From assembly GCF_009914755.1 (NCBI RefSeq), contig NC_060947.1: a DNA stretch of 64,000 nucleotides. One strand, written 5' to 3'. Positions within the stretch are counted from its first letter, which is position 1. Each line of letters starts with the position of its first letter. Of the stretch, positions 62,640-64,000 are shown piece by piece. The translations under genes were made by a program, and so were the position numbers. This DNA comes from the human T2T-CHM13v2.0 reference genome, Homo sapiens. The notes under the pieces are model-generated. The model saw nothing but the letters and a program-made list of their open reading frames with translations, was not told the origin of the DNA and did not search any database.

Positions 62640-63027
62640 TGATATGGTTTGGCTCTGTGTCCCCACCCAAATCTCTTGTTGAATTGTAACCCCCAGTGTT
62701 GGGGGAGAGGCCTGGTGGGAGGTGATTGGATCATAGGGGTGGATTTCCCTTTTGCTGTTGTCATGATAATGAGTTCTCATGAGATTTAGTTGTTTGAAAG
62801 TGTGTAGCACTTCCCCCTTCACTCTCTCTTCCTTCTGCTCCAGCCATGTAGGATGCGCCAGCTTCCCCTTCACCATCTGCCATGATTGTAAGTTTCCAGA
62901 GCCCCTGCCACCCCAAGCCTTGCTTCCTGTACAGCCTGTAGAACCGTGAGCCAATTAAACCTCTTTTCTTTATAAATTACCCAGTCTCTGGTAGTTCTTT
63001 ATAGCAATGTGAGAACGAACTAATACA
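62640..63027 (+). mobile_element. MSTA/THE1D-like solo LTR
   Basis: tgatatggtttggc...ctaataca; perfect TSD ctaat. Confidence 0.9.
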
Positions 63028-63257
63028 CTAATCATCAGAAAAATTCAAATCAACACCACGATGGGACATCACCTCACACCTGTTTGTATGACTATTATCA
63101 AAAAGTCAAAAGATAATGTGTCATTGAGGAATGGAGAAAAGGGAGCCCTTGTACACTGTTGGCAATGTAAATCTGTACAATCATTATGCAAAATAGTAGG
63201 AAGGTTAATAAAAAATAATAAAACTACTATATGATATAGCCATTTCACTTCTAGGTA

Positions 63258-63644
63258 CAGTCATCTTTCAGTATCTGCTGGGGATTTGTTCCAGGACCCT
63301 CTGTGGATACCAAAATCCACAGATACTCAAGTCCCTTATATAAAATGGCATAGTATTTGCATATAACCTACAAACATCCTCCTATATACTTTACATCATC
63401 TCTAGATTACTTATAATATCTAATACAATGAATATGCTATGTAAATAGTTGTTATACTGTATTATTTAGGGAATAATATAAATAATACAGTATAACAACT
63501 GTATTAGGTAGGAATAGGAAAGTAGTAGGAAAAAAGTATCTACATGTTTGGTACAGATGCAACCATCCTTTTTTCCCAAGTATTTTCAATCCCCAGTTGG
63601 TTAAATACATGGATGTGGAACCCAGGGTCACAGAGGGCTAACTG
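63258..63644 (+). mobile_element. MER2 (Tigger-derived) DNA transposon
   Basis: TA|cagtcatc...gagggctaactg|TA; gttccaggaccc...ataccaaaatccacagatactcaagtcc. Confidence 0.87.
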
Positions 63645-63775
63645 TATGTATGCAAAGGAACTAAAATCAGGATTTTGAGATATCTGCACTCACATATTCA
63701 TTGCAGCATTATTCACAATACCCAAGATATGGAAACAACCTAATACCTGTTGATGGATAAATGGATAAAGAAAAT

Positions 63776-63910
63776 ATGGTATGTATATACACACACACAG
63801 GATATACATATGCATGTATATACAAAATGTGGTATGTATATATACACACACACACAGGATATTGTATATACGTATATATATGTATGTATCTATATACACA
63901 CACACACACC
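63776..63910. repeat. TA/CA microsatellite with a duplicated ggtatgtatata(ca)n ggatat unit
   Basis: Direct reading. Confidence 0.85.
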
Positions 63911-64000
63911 CATATCGGCCTTAGTCAGTTTGTGTCACTATAAAGGAATACCTGAGGAAGAGTAACTTTTTTTCACATTTTCTGTCACTCCTAGGGTAAT

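Overview
Primate (human or great-ape-like) genomic DNA, roughly 80-85% interspersed repeats by eye. It is dominated by nested + strand LINE-1 elements of several ages, with ~27 Alu copies or fragments, MaLR solo LTRs (THE1/MST/MLT1) and DNA transposon fossils (HSMAR2, MER1B, MER2, MER44). The only host coding exon I can support is an 86-bp minus-strand exon at 48041-48126 ([28 protein letters not shown]), absent from the ORF track. I recognise it from memory as TEX11 (X-linked meiotic ZIP4/SPO22 orthologue), so the rest of the window is two large TEX11 introns. Highlights: (1) an old processed copy of the microprotein gene SMIM30 with an intact 59-codon ORF, in TEX11-sense orientation and nested in a mariner fossil; (2) two L1PA6/7 copies 24.7 kb apart that share apparently private variants including a premature stop, suggesting gene conversion; (3) an L1PA2-type insertion with a 3' transduction; (4) two twin-primed L1s; (5) a tail-to-tail L1 inverted repeat; (6) a strong CTCF motif; (7) two template-switch hairpins. 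Repeat subfamily names come from remembered consensus sequences, and repeat boundaries are approximate. No clearly new biological system is proven.
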